A stretch of 64,000 nt of DNA from Convolutriloba macropyga (taxonomy: Eukaryota), in contig NC_134476.1 in NCBI RefSeq assembly GCF_964194025.1, forward strand, positions 37,386,001 through 37,450,000, written 5' to 3'. The notes under the pieces are model-generated. The model did not search any database. It was not told the origin of the DNA and saw nothing but the letters and a program-made list of their open reading frames with translations. Below, one piece after another: positions 20,895 through 35,180 of this stretch. Numbering within the stretch: position 1 is the first letter of the stretch; every line of letters begins with the position of its first letter. Both the position numbers and the translations under genes were made by a program.

Positions 20895-23344
20895 CAGGCA
20901 GAACATGACTTATTCCACTCATGACTTACCTCGAGATTATCTAACTCGGATAAATTCTATTTAATATTGATTCATTTCAGTCCCTTCTGCGCACTCACAA
21001 ATGTAAACTGTACATTTATATTCTGATCAAAATTTAATAGAGGCCACATAAGCTTGATAATAATCAAGTTGCCACTAATAAGTCAGTACTCTTTGTCATG
21101 TATTTTGAAAAGAGGTTGATTTCTCCTTTTTTTGTTGTTTGGTATAACTGTTTACTTGATAATTTTTTTTCTGCAGAAAAAGCTTTTGAGTTGATTTCGT
21201 TTCTGTCGTTTCGTTTGTTATAGTTTTCGTTTTTGTGAAATAAAAAAGATTTATCTGAGTTATTAAACCATTTTTGGCTTACGCTTCGGTCACTTTTTAA
21301 GAATCTATCGAAATTGAATTTAAAAAATTTCAAATACTATTTTGAAGGTAGTCTATCTGTATTTCAATGGGTAGACGATAAATCCAAGATTGAGCCAACT
21401 AAAAAATTTCCAGCCTGAGTGTACGGTTACTGCTTTTTGGAAACATATAATGTTGCTACTATGAACAGCCAGTTTTTCTCTTCAGAAAAAGGATCTTACG
21501 TATCTTTGTGGTGTTAGAATTGCAAAACAAATTCGGGTTTTTTCCTAGACCAGAGCGCTTACCCCCTAACTTTTTGCTCTCGTGACGTTTTTAAATCATC
21601 TACCGTTTGAGAATAAAAGTTGCTTCCTTAAGCGATATTTTTGCGATATGTAAAAAATTGATGGAAAATTTCATCTAGCCACAAAAACTGTCAAATATTC
21701 TCCAAAATAATTCTACAGCCCCTTTTCTATATAAGAAGTTAAATTTTGATTGAACGAGGTCAAATAGAACAAGCTTAAAAGGCAACAATGGCATAAACTT
21801 GAACTTCCTTTACCTTGATGAAGTCATGATAATTTTCATACACAACACAGCGAGACAAATAACAGAAATATGTAAAACAGCATCAAATGAGAACAGTTTG
21901 CAAGTAAATGAAATGGGTAGCTAATAATCGGGACACTTAAGACGCAAATGACAGATTGCATAGAAATGTAACTTATCACTTCAGCTATAAATAACAATAA
22001 TTTAACAGCTACGCAAAGTTACTAAAGAGCGAAAGAGGTGAAGTAAAACGTGGTACGCAAAATTAACAATTTAGCTCTTTCAACCAATTTTGCTGCTGAT
22101 TACCATCTAACTCGACCTCGAAAAGTCAATATATGCAGAATAGTGATGCGTAATTTGATTCAGGCGGTTCAAGTTATCGAAAGGAGCAAAAATAGCCGCA
22201 CTAAAAATAACCACCATTTAATAAGATGATTGCAGCTGAGGCAAGTTGGTATAAAAAGTGGTACAGAACGCAAAGAGAATTGACAGGAATCAATTAAGCG
22301 CTATAGACTGCAGATTGATAAAGAATTGAGCACAGAACGTATAAGGCGCAGACTTCTGTGGCAGCAAACAATTTTATCATTTTAATTATCAAACGTCAAT
22401 CAATAAAAGGGAGGAGGTGGTAATACGAATTATAGTTGAACACTTACTGTGGAAACTGTCGTATACGAAGTGGAAATTAAAAATTAAATCGAAGCTATAA
22501 CCACTCAAAACAAGTCGAAGGGGTAGAGGTTAAAATTATGTTAAAAAGTGTGAAATTTGTTAATTTGACTACAAGTTTTGGTTAATTAGTTCGCATCTGA
22601 AACAATTGTGCGGGGTTGTTATCATTCCAACGGTAATCGACATTAAAAACTGAGAGAAGACGTTTTTATATAATTAGGATTTGGGGAGGAGCTTAGTGTT
22701 AATGGCATATCAGACTGCATTTTGAATGAAAAGTACTTTTTGGAGGAAATAGCAGTTGGTAACGTGATCCGCTCTTAAATGTCACATACGTAGTATGTAA
22801 CATTATGTAACGAGTGTAAATTAAAAACTGACACTAAAATAAAACACCAATGGCACTCGTTACATAAATTATCTCACATTTCTGAACGTTGATGAATCTA
22901 TCTCTTACCTCACTTATTACGTTCCCCGAAGTGAAAAATTTCAAGAGATATCCAAAAAGGAGCAACAATCTGAATCTCTGTTTACTTTGAGCTGATTTAT
23001 TATATGTGGTAAATATCAGCATCTCAATTCAAATAGTTGTTGTCGAAGCACATCAGAAATCGATATATGAGATCCATAGAGTAAAAAAGACAACAAATTT
23101 TTGACAAAAAGAAGCATGTGATCAGAAGAGAGTCCAAAACCGATAGCAGAAACTTTGCATAACTAGCCTCTTTATTTTTTTGATACAAAAAAAACAACGA
23201 GATTTACCCAAAACTCTAATTTATCACACAAAAAAACAAAAGCGATAACTTAACGCTGAAGTGTCTAACATATCTTTGATTTATTTCAAGAGCTCAACAA
23301 CGAGCCACAAATGTAAATCAAAAACATAGCCAGAAGAATGCCGG

Positions 23345-23891
23345 CCCGGACCCTAGTCCGATAGTATATCAGTACTGAAGCATTGTAGTCCAATTGTATA
23401 TCGTCTGCCCAGTACTGTATCAGTGTATCCCAAGAGTATATTGCTATCTCATTAAGTGCAGTCTATTCGCATAGATGCTTTTTTCTGAAAATAGATTGAG
23501 CATTCTTGGTTTTGATTCCCATGATGTTCATAGGAAAATCATAGAAAATTGTGCAAATTTCGAGACAAAAATTAAATTTTGGACGATACACTTTTTGAGC
23601 ATGACGATGACTTACAATCTTAAAACGTTGCAAGAAACATATTAAGATTAACAAAAAAACCACCCAACCAGCAAATACACGCCGAAACCAGTAAAAACGC
23701 GCCTAGAGCCTAGAAACTGACAAATTTGGCCCAAAATTTCAGATTTTTATGGTTTTTATGTCAGATTGTAATAGACCTTTGTATGAACGTCTTAGTTTTA
23801 TCTCAACGAAAACGGAAACAGTTCTGGGCCGACGATACACAACTGGAATACAATGTTTCAGTACTGATATGCTATGGGACTCGCGTCCGGG
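23345..23891. mobile_element. MITE with ~74-bp TIRs and CCCGG termini
   Basis: 23345-23418 is an imperfect reverse complement of 23818-23891; TTAA at the right flank only. Confidence 0.8.
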
Positions 23892-26800
23892 TTAACATTA
23901 AAAGGTTTAACATTTTGGGTGTGCTTTGAGCACTGCCAAGTTGTCGGTACTGGGCATTTCCGGAAGAAATAAAGCCTTTTTTACTCTGATTTTTTGTCTG
24001 AACAGGGTAAAAAGTGACATGATCATAATCTGGTCATAGTAAAAATACAGACTGAGAAATACTATGATTCAGCGCTGATTTACAATGTTACTGTAATCCG
24101 GGGGACAATAACTGCCTAAATAACTGTGGAGAACCTAACACAAAAAATCAAGATTCTGATTTCAAATTCAGCCCACATTTTCAATTGCATCATAAAAATT
24201 AATGTTTTTTAAACCTTTAAAAACAAGAAAACTTAACTTTAAAAACCTGATAATTTGCTCTTCAACTTCCTGGTGCGTAAACAAATGGTCACCAGGACAA
24301 TTAGGGAAGACTAGGGAAAAAACAGTACTAGATTAAAACTTCGAATGGTCGGAACCAAAAACAGGACACGACAAACAAGTGACAAGGCATGGACTCAGAG
24401 AACCATTTGGAAGAAAAAACTCTTAAAAAAACCAGCCAATGACAGAAATAGCCTCGAATCAAAAAATGATCATTATCGAAAATGAATTTTTGACAGAACA
24501 TTTTCTCATTCTACATTAAAAAAGAATTTCAAAATTTCATGAATCATCACTAAAAATTGTCTCCAAAAATTCACCATAACTTGAACGGATATTAATTAAC
24601 AACAATGATATCATGAAAATTAATTGTAGTGATTTCTGCATCTTTCTGTAGTGTTATCAATAACAAAACAATCTATCTCAAAACTCCATACAAAATGATA
24701 AAATTATTAAATATGCTTAAAATCAAAATGTCAAAATTGAAAAACTTCGAAACAATCGCTATAAAGATTTTCCAACTACAAAAAAGATAATTACCAATGA
24801 AAGAAGATATTAGGGATAGGACAAACCAAAATGCGCTCGAAATCGTAATAATTGTAACTATATACCCAGGTTTGTATTCAGGCATTATGTGATAAATTAA
24901 TAGTGACAATCAAAACTCAATTTTTAAAACAAAAAAGTATGAGAAATTGGCAATTGCGCAAACTCACTCAAAATGAACAAAAATCTAATTGACTAATATT
25001 ATCTTCAAAGATGACGAGCAACGTATCAATATATGTACAAAAAGTACTCATCTTTTGCCTTAACAAATAACTAATTTTCAAACAAAGACATGTTGCAACG
25101 ATTATTAGAAGAAAAAGAGTCTAGCTGAGTTTGTATTAGAAGCCAAATTATTAAAGAAACGGTTATATTTATAAGCATTTTTAAAAAAATGCATATAAAT
25201 AAAAGATAGTCTTCAAATTACTTTAGGATAAAGTCAACAGCCAATAGTCGCAAAGGTCATATTAAAATACAGTAATCAAAACCAAAAGGTGAACCAAAAA
25301 ACTTCCAAAAACAACTCAAAAAGAGCAATTTCAAAACAGAAGAAAAAAATCTCACGTGTTTCTCTTGCTGAACACAACATTGTGTCTTGGTTTGATGCCA
25401 GAAAAACATTTATCTGCAAATTGACGAAAAATAACTCAAAAACTATGTTACGATGATGTAAAACACTATTCATATAAAAAACCACTTTCATAAAAAAATT
25501 GCGTCAATAGCAAAAGATTAGAGTGATCAAAGCAGCTTAAAAATTTTAAATTTTTCAAGAAAGTTTTAAGTTTGGAGGCTCAAATTATGCAAAGAATTTT
25601 TCATTTATTAACGCCTAAAATTACCATGTGTGCAGTTTTTTTTTAAAAATTAATTTTGAACGCATCAATTTGTAAAAAATAGTCCTTACTTAATTTAACA
25701 CTTCAAACGATGCGTGCAAAACACCAAACAAGGTTTCCATATTGACATTTTTTGAAGTTAGATATGCTATTATGTGAAGAGCTATCAAGAAAAAAATGCA
25801 ATATTAGTCCTGAAACACTGGAAAATAAATCCATGCCAAAATTAAACAAAGTCGAAATAAGCGGACTATTGCAATCGATTAATTACGGCACCAATGAAAT
25901 TTTCAACCCACATCTCGATATATAACTTGAATCATTTGATTGCTTTACTAAAATTTAGTTAAAATCAAATAAATGAGAAAATAATGAATCTAATATAATA
26001 AATCCACGCAGCCAGTCAAGTCAACTCCATTTTGATTTGATAATTGTTTACGAACGGTAGAGTTCAAAATGCGAGTTGAGCGCAATCAGTTCGACGCTGT
26101 CAAATCAGTTAAGACGACAGACGTTACGTACTACTCGCCATTTGAAGTCATAGCAAACATTGCCTAACGTTTCAGGGTCATAAATACAAGTATCAAACTT
26201 AATTGAGACTACAAATAAACGTAGAACATCTCAGAATTTGATCACTCTGACGTTGCGAAATACAAAAGAATTAGTTCATAATTGTATTAAACAACAAATT
26301 CAATTCAGTCCTAGGTTGGTAAATATTTAAAGACTTAAGTTTGAACTGAAAACGATAGAAATTGAACCACTTCAAGAAGGTAGAAGAGCTATCTAATCTT
26401 GTACGATGCGAGCGATAAAATCGGGGAAATTCAGTAAATCAAATGGAGATAGAAATGCACTCAAGTTTATCCGTAAAGGTCAACGAGGTCATATCAGTGA
26501 AGAAAACCTCTGCGTATGAAGAGGGTGTGATTGGTTTTAAGTACGGGGGTCTAGCAGACTACAATAAGACATGTAACATATTGGATCAGAGGAGAATAGG
26601 GGGATAAATTGAGCGACAACTCTCAGCGAATATAGTAATCCCCCAAAAGCGGCGGCAGACACATATACCATGACCTTACTGGTTGCTAATGTAGTTTGCA
26701 GAACAGGGAATAATAGATACTTCTGCTGAAAACGTGAAAACAAATTTCAGCTACAACAGAAAAAAGCATTTCTGCATTGTTTAGTTTGAAGACCACTTTT

Positions 26801-29800
26801 ATCTATGAAATACAAAACAATGTGCGTTCCAATTTCAAACTAATACATAGTTTATTAGATCAATTCATGTACGGAAAAAAATAATGCGAACGGAAATTTG
26901 TAACCAATAAAGGAAAAACGTAGCCAAACAAATAGCCAATTGCACTAAATAATGAAGGTAGTGTATTCGAACTAATATAATGCACATCACAATTCAACAT
27001 TGCAACAATAAAGGCAACACAATTAAATCAAACGAACCATCCCACAATAGTCAATTCAAACTATATTCCAATAAGTTCACCCCACCTCGACAGGGCTTGT
27101 CTAATTTGTCTATAGTTTGCACTTGGCTGAATTTACCAATGAAATCAGGCTATAAATTAAAAGGGTGAATCAACTTGGAAAACCAATCTGATTTTCCCTA
27201 TCGTCTGTACATGTTATTTTCTCTTCTATTTTCCAACACTGCGTGATCTATTTTTTCCTATTTTCCTATGCACCTCAAACAGTTGAATTCCACACAACAA
27301 ACAGCCAAGTAAATAAATAAATCTGTGCCTGTTTGATCACAGTCATAATATCACAAATTTGTCTCCCAAGTGAATAGATAATTGCAGCTTGGCCACAATC
27401 AGACGTTACAACACACAAAGCGATACAATAAAAGGCAATGAATCCATTACCATCATCAATAAAACAACCCATCAATTCTCCTCTCATCTACCGAGTCATC
27501 AAAACATCCTTCAATTCCGATAGCAAGGTAAATGTAAGAGACAAAGAGTGTGTAAGAGTTCACAAAGAACTTTTCCAACCATACAGAAAACCTTTTGTGA
27601 AAAAAAAGTTGTGCTATAGTTAAGAAGCTATAGTCAAGACGTGGCGTGATTGCCGAGAGATAAGTTGTGAGTCACACGCCAAGGATTGAACGTCCAATAC
27701 CGTGCCTCCGTCAACCTGTCTGTGCGAGGATGCGCTTTCACTTAATCAAAGCTTCAGCTTGACCATAGCCTGACGGATCTTGGATATCACGCAAATGTTT
27801 CAGACGCAAAAAAGTGGCTATAGTAAAAAAAAAAGAGCAAAATAAGCCACATGAAAAGAACAGTCTGAAGAATTTTGATCGATTATTTGTTTCAACATAC
27901 GCAAACGAAGAAAAATAATTACCCGTGCAATTTTCCTCCAAAGCAAAGGGGTGCAATTTCTCTCATCTTACAAAGACAAAAGTGGCATCATATTAAGTCT
28001 TGTTTCCTCGTCAACAACATTCATCCAATTAACCATCAACATTCTGCTGGCGTTGATAATATAACGGGTCGGGCCAATGTACTTTTAGCTGTAGTTAAAT
28101 GCTAAAAGCTTTCTACAAGGGCTAAAAAACGAGAACAAATCGCGAAACATCAGACGCACAAAATATGTACATGTTCATAAAACTATTTCAACACATGGAG
28201 TCACAATCCAAAATCTCTACATCCAGATTTTCAGTTCAGGGACTTGAATGAATTATGGATGGGCATAGCATACTGTTGCGCAGCATCTAAGTCTTTTTCT
28301 GAAAATCGGTATCAACTTTCACTTTCGAAAAAAAATTTATTCAGGCAATGAAATTCCCGAAAGCAAACAATCAATTACAGAACAAAATTACATGCACAGA
28401 ACAAAATTACAAAATTCTGATCTTGTACACCGTCTGTCAATTTTACCCCATAATTTAAAAGGCACTTCATATAAAAAGCACTTCGGCGATCACAAATTGG
28501 CAAAGCAGACAGATCAAAGATAAACCAGCATCTGGACACTCTGCTTTGTACATCAATACTTAGATAACTTTTTTGAACGCATCAAACCAACTGGATCAAA
28601 AAATGATGTTCAATCATCACTGTCTGTCTACTCATTTTTATGAAGTCACACATCTGTCTACTTCCCTCAATTTTAAAATTTAAAATTCCGAGACAGCTCC
28701 TTCAGACAACATTAGACAACATTCTAGCTTCACAAGTATTCCAGAAATACCCTAATCTATCCTTTCGCAGCCTAGATAAATTAATCCGCATTATCCTTTT
28801 TAGCTGAAGTCTTCATTTACGAAACTTATTTGTTACGAATTAATAATGATCAAAAACTGGTATCCCAAATTGATCAAGAAAGATATTTCTTGATAAAACA
28901 CATTTGCAAACTTTTTCTGAACAATTTTCACACTATACATTTTAAGACCATGATGCTGATTCAGTCAGGCCACGTACATGCATTGTTCAGAATTCCATGA
29001 ATCACTGTGGTCAAGAATCAACTCTGTAATTTGTTTTTTTTATGTATATTCAGCTCTATCTGAAAGCTACAAAAACTTTGTTGTCAGACAATGCAATTCC
29101 ATGACGATTTCCTCTAAATCAATTTCGGCTCACCAATAAGTACTAAGGCCTCAGAGTGTATTTTCTGAATGCCTGGGCTGGGCTTTTGGTGCCATCCTGC
29201 TCTTGGTAATTTGAATTTTTGTCACTTTGTTATTTCCGAACACGTATCGAGCATTTGTTACTTATTCAAACTTGAGCCAAGGAACTCCTATCTAGAGATT
29301 TTCAAAAAAATAGTAATATAGAAAAAATAAAACCAATTACAGAAAATTAAACAACCTTCAATACATTTTTCCTGTTTTCACAAAATTGTTTCTTTTGCTA
29401 CTGACAGATAAACAACTGTATTTGGAGATTTATTTATCAGAATTTATCAGTTGTAAATTATCTTGAAAATAGATGATCAATTTCGGTTGAAAGTGAGGAT
29501 AAGTCTTCCAAAAATTTTCAGAAGCCATTTTAATGCAACGTATTCAAACAATAAATACTCTTTTCAGATATCTTATTTCGTACTTGCTATAGTCAATGCT
29601 TCAAGCAACACTGCCCCAATTTTTGAAAAATAAAACTAAGGCTTAATCGTTTCACAGCCAATCTGGGCAACAATAAGCATATAATACGGCGTTTTAATTT
29701 TTTTAAATCTACTTTTTCAATTGTTTTTGAGATATTATCTGTAAACTAGGCATCTAATTTAGGCCTCTGTTAATTGCTCACAAAATGCCGTCTTCAAAAA

Positions 29801-32800
29801 CACAATTAAATTACTTCAATTAGTTTCGATTTTTTTTATCACTCACAAAATTCCGAAAAGCTGACATCTCAGGTGACATTTTCCTGATAAAATCTAATGT
29901 AAGCAACCATTTCTTTTCAAGCGCAACTTCAGTCTTGATGCATAGAAATTTGACTAATTCGTTAACTCATAATCACACTGATTAATCTGAGCACATTTAT
30001 TCAAATTGTCTGTGGCTAACGACGTTCTAGGACGAGAGTTTAAGAAAATATAACGATGACCAGCTCTGAAGAATAAAAAGTACATGAAAACACTAATAAT
30101 TATTTTTCTGGCATTTTGTAGAAAGCAAATTATTTGGCTGTTCAATCAACTTTTAATCAATTTTCTGTCAGTGACTAGACAGCTGTCGGAGTTGATTGCC
30201 AGTGATAAGGCAACTAAAAAATTTATAATTAGCAAAGATAACGGACAGAAAAAATTTAGAAGACATCTCAGCACAATTTTCAGTCTTTGCAAGAATTTGG
30301 CATCTTATTCTATTGCTGAGAGCAAATTTACTGTTGTGTTTATACGATATTTGTAGTTTTTTTAGTCCACTCATTGTGGGCCGGTGCAATTATTCATTGT
30401 CCCAACTCCAACTTTGTTTCTTGCTCAGTCAACTTTCACCAAGCAATATTTTCATTGAAGGAAGTTGTAAGTTCTTTTTATCTTCACATCAAAAATAGTT
30501 GATGGTTTCTTAAACACATTGCAATTATAGGCTTTGCATAGAAAAGTGTACGCTTGTTAAAGAAACAATTTTCTATGAGAACTAAAATAACCCAACAGCA
30601 AAAAAACACATTTATCCACTGCTATTTTCTTCTATAAAGAGGCAACGTTAACAAATATTGAGTGAAACCTAACATTTTAACCAGATACAGTTATGCTTAG
30701 TCAGGAAGCATTTAAGACCTGTTATTTATTAGAATAAGTGGCAGGGCAACAAAAAACAACAAAAATAGAAAATCAACTGACAATCATGAAGAAATCGAAA
30801 TTTCAGAACCAATAGAAGTCAACTCAAAACATTTGATTAGTTTCTCTTACGTCTCCATTGAAAAACATAGCAACCATTCTTTTCTCAAACTACGTGATAA
30901 GAGAATAAAATATCTACAAATACGGACAGACCACAAAAATTCAGAATTGTGTAAAACAAATGTTTTAATGTATAAAACAAATGACTTAAAGTTGAAGAAA
31001 ACTGAACAATCAACTGAAAAAATTATAAGCTTTTAATGCTACATTCAAAAAACCAAAGACACGTGATGCAACTAAATCAAATTACAACTAAAAGAACGAA
31101 AAAGACGGGCAAAAAAATTCACGCGTAAATTTACCCGCTTATTTCTCTTTTAACTATACTCGCAAACGATACAGATTAAAGTCACCAATCTGAATCGACT
31201 TCTCATTGACATGTAAACAATAAAAAAAATGTGAACTGATAAAAAGACAGCGCTCAGTAGTGCTATCCAAAATCTTTTGCAGCTTTAATGGAAATAGTGA
31301 TGTAAAACGGCGGAAAACAGCTTTCTAACTGCTGCAAATGGAAGAAATCCTTCTGAAAATCTGTTTGAGCACTAACTCCACGCCAGAAGCAATTAGAACA
31401 ATTTGCTTTTGACGTGGAGTTACCAAACCTCACGTCATTACCAAACCTCCTTGTCAAATATGCACCTTGAAAACCAGTATCATAAATATATAAGTCCCTG
31501 ATAGCTTTATTTGCCTAACTCTTTGTCTTGATGTTATTTTCTAGTTATCAAGATGTACACCAAATTCGATGTACACAAAAATGAGCTTCCATTAAGAAGA
31601 GCTCTTGAATAGCTGGCAAATTTTGGCTGTCGACAGTAAAAAAAAAACAAAAATCAGATTCAACCTCACCTAATCCTTGTTTTGCTTAAATCGTAAGGGT
31701 TGGAAAATTTCTGCAACCATTTCACAGCCTCCACGTTTATCAAATCTGTAGAGTTTCAAAAAAATGGTCTGACTTCTAAGGACTGTTGAGATACTGCAGA
31801 GTCAGCTGATCGATCTATAATTGCTGTCAGCTGAGAGTGACTTCAAAAGGTTTGGAAGTTTTTTCAAGATAAGATTTCCCAAGTTGTCGGGACCGCATGC
31901 TTTGTTTGTGTGTAGTTTTTCAAAGATGTTTGATTTTTGCTCCATCAATTATCTTATTGTTTTTGCAAAAACACTTGAAAAATTCACAGAAAAACTTCGC
32001 TTTTTGTTCATCATTGTTAGCTGTTCGATCTTTGTAACGCATCGTTTCTGGGAATAAATATCAGTGTGTGTCCACCAATAAATCTTTAGTTGTGTTTACG
32101 ATGTTTTAATCTGAATTTTTTTAAAAATAATTAAAATGATAACAAACTGCTTTGCTTTCATCAACCAAAGCTCAATTACAGCCAATGTATTCTCGCAGAC
32201 CAGCCTTGTCTCTAATCAAACTGAACTGTTCTAATCGAAACGACAGCCTTAGCAGTAAACGTGCATTTCATAATCTAATTCAGCCGCAATAAAGTAAGGA
32301 AAGTAGAGTCCAGAGAGGCGAAGGTAAGAAACAAATATGTGCATAAACCTCAAGACAGCAGCACAATAGAATTGGGAAAATTGGGAACGAAAAAGGTGTG
32401 GCGCCAACTTATTTCAGCCAAACAAACAAAGCCATCGACAGAAACAAACATCACCAAGGCCGCGGGATATCACTAAAAGCGACAGCTAAGCGATTTGACA
32501 CTTTGAGGCAATAAATTTTTTGCATTTGGAAATTTTGGGAAATCAAAACCAGAAAAAAGGATGCTACCAAACTCATTCCTCGCAATGGCAGCAATTGATG
32601 ACGAATCGCATCAAGCAAAAATAGCACTAAAATGTTTACTTGAAATATTAATTCCATCACTACGGCTTCTTTTGATGCTTATTATTACTATGATGAAAAA
32701 ATGATAAGCGTTTGATATAGCAAGTTCAATACCATGCCGAATGCAACAGATAACAACATGCGACACTAAATAAAGCATTGATGAGACAGAGAGAAACTCA

Positions 32801-33367
32801 TCAAAAAACAAAACGCATGTAACTGCACTTTATTTTCCGTAAACTATAGCATACATATATGCTTCCGCACTATTTATATACTCAAAACTAATTATTCCAA
32901 ACATGAAAACCAAAATGCATTTCTTCCTTTTTGAAAAAGTTTCGCTCTACAAGGGTCGTCGGTCAATTCGAGGGCAACATATCAACACACTCCTATATAC
33001 AAACAAAATCTGACAGCCAGCAAGAGCGAAGGACGTCGTATGAAATAAGTACTCAATAAACGCAGTTGGAAGAAATCAAATTGATCAGAAAACATTTAAG
33101 ATTTAACCACAAAAATAGAAAAGAGCGTTCATCGATGATCGTCCGAATTGCTAATTCGACTGGAAGGCGCACGAATAAGAATCTTATTTCGAAGTAACAT
33201 CGAAAAACATTTGTCAGCAACAGAAATTGTGTAACTTCAGGCAGCCAAAAAAACGTTCTCAAATTCTACAACTCGCTTAGATATCATGAATAGCATGAAA
33301 AGGTTTTCGAAAAGAAACGCCTCTCCCCAACACTCCAACACTCGGTGAATATTGGCTGGTAAGGGGC

Positions 33368-34280
33368 CCTCCCCGCTCGACGCCTACTGTTCTCACCTCT
33401 ACTACAAAGAAGCTGTCAAAAATATCAATAGATACCTTAAAGATCTTAATACCTTCTTCCATAGAAAACAGTCGTTTCCCTCGCCCTGGAAGTGCTCTGC
33501 CATTCTACTATCCACCACCCACTCAGACTGGAAAGATTTAGATGTTGTTCTGGGTACGGACCGGACAAAAACAGTCAATGATCATTACTCGTTCCACCTT
33601 CAACTACGCTGCTCCTTGCTGGTCTTTGAATGTTTCCAAAACCAATTGGAATAAGCTTGAAAGTAAACAAGACAAAGAATTGAGAGTTGTAACTGGATGA
33701 ACAAAAATGACCCATATTGACTACCTTCGCCAAGAAACGAGACATCTCACCGTAGAAAATCACTGCAAAGTTTGACAGCCCAGTTTGCAGCCTCAATTCA
33801 TGAACCCAACCACCATTGCAATGATCTATTGACGAAACCCACCTATAAATGGAAGGAAACGCTTTTCAGTTTTGCAAGAAATTGTGAAGAACGTATGAAG
33901 TTGAAATGGAAATTCCAAAGGCGCAGAAGACCCCACACAGCAAAGTCGTTGATTTTACGATGAGAAACAGTGAACCCAACAGATTACTTCACCCCATTCC
34001 CAGCCTAACCCCGAAGAACTTGACAGAGGCGAGCCAGGACTCTTCCGAGAAGAAAGAAAATTCCTCTCTGAAATGAGGTCTTCCTATTGCCCTCTGTTAG
34101 ACTTCAAAAACAAAATCAACAGCGACGAATCAGATACTTGCAGGAAATGCCATAAAGAGCGTGAATCAGCAGCGCACGTTGCTGAACAAGTTGGTGGAAT
34201 CAAGTGCGAAGATCGTTGGTGGTCCTCCGAAGAATCGATCTCGACGCTAGAAGAAATCCTGGTCTAAACAACAACACAAC
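33368..34280 (+). mobile_element. 5'-truncated non-LTR retrotransposon (I-group/Ingi-like), present only in duplication unit 1
   Basis: RT thumb-like ITRSTFNYAAPCWS..KLESKQDKELRVVTG, C-terminal CRKC..ESAAHV..C, stop followed by a (CAA)-like tail; absent at the equivalent site ~36710. Confidence 0.75.
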
Positions 34281-34329
34281 AATACTGCGACGTCTTCTTC
34301 GAAAGAAAGGGAAAATAATCTAAGGCCAC

Positions 34330-35180
34330 ATTAAACCATATCAACATTAGCGAAAAAGTAGAACAAGTCAAAAAGCATCAAAACATTAAAAAAGCCTGCG
34401 GCCTAGACGAAATTGAATCATTGTCTTTAAAAAGGCAGCAATACAAAATCTTGCATTAAAGCACCAATCTGCAAAGTTGGACAAGGCGGAGATCTCAAAC
34501 TACAGTCCAATTGCCCAGCTAGTTAACGCTTCAAAATTATTTGAAAGAGTGTAGGGAAAAGAGATCAAATGTACTGAAGCTGTTAATCTACCTCGAGTAA
34601 GTCTAGGGAAAGCTCGACTTGAGGTACCCAGAAATTGTTGCCATTAATTCGGACTTGCTCAAAATTTTCGATGAAAATGTCGCCTGAAAAATTGATACAT
34701 AAAATCAGTCAAATTGGAGTTTGGGTAAGCTTCTGTAGCAACCTGCTAGTTAGTTAACAGACCGTAAACAAAGGTTTACAGTGAGAAAAAGTCTTATCAA
34801 GTGCATCAGTTATTACTTCGGGCGTACCACAAGGTTTATAATCGGGCCACTCATGTTCATAGTGTTCACCAATGAATTGCCAGAAAACACATGATCGTTA
34901 ATAAAATCGAATAGGCCAACAACATGCTGTAATTCACAAAACAAAACCCAGCCAGATGAAAAATGAAAAAACACAGCAAAATTGAAAAATCTGCTCCAAT
35001 CTCGAGACGAGGCAGAACTGGAATAAAGCAACTATACAGAATTTTTATAGCGGTGACAAAAATATTATCAATATGCACATCGAGCTACAAGACCATCCAA
35101 TTCAAAATTTATGCATCAGAAGACAAAACTCTTAAAACGACCAGAACGATGCTGCAAACGGAGCTATAACGAATTGAAAT
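34330..35180 (+). pseudogene. Decayed CR1/L2-like RT fragment (unit 1, internally deleted)
   Basis: KACGLDEI, NYSPIA, SGVPQGL..GPLMF motifs. Confidence 0.7.

Noticed and set aside
26537-27487. Hydrophobic minus-strand ORFs as exons of a membrane protein
   Set aside because: Plausible acceptor but weak donor and no recognisable homology; cannot be supported without RNA data.
29040-31470. Short coding-looking patches (~29050-29210, 30230-30480, 31320-31470)
   Set aside because: Interrupted by stops, with no family recognised.
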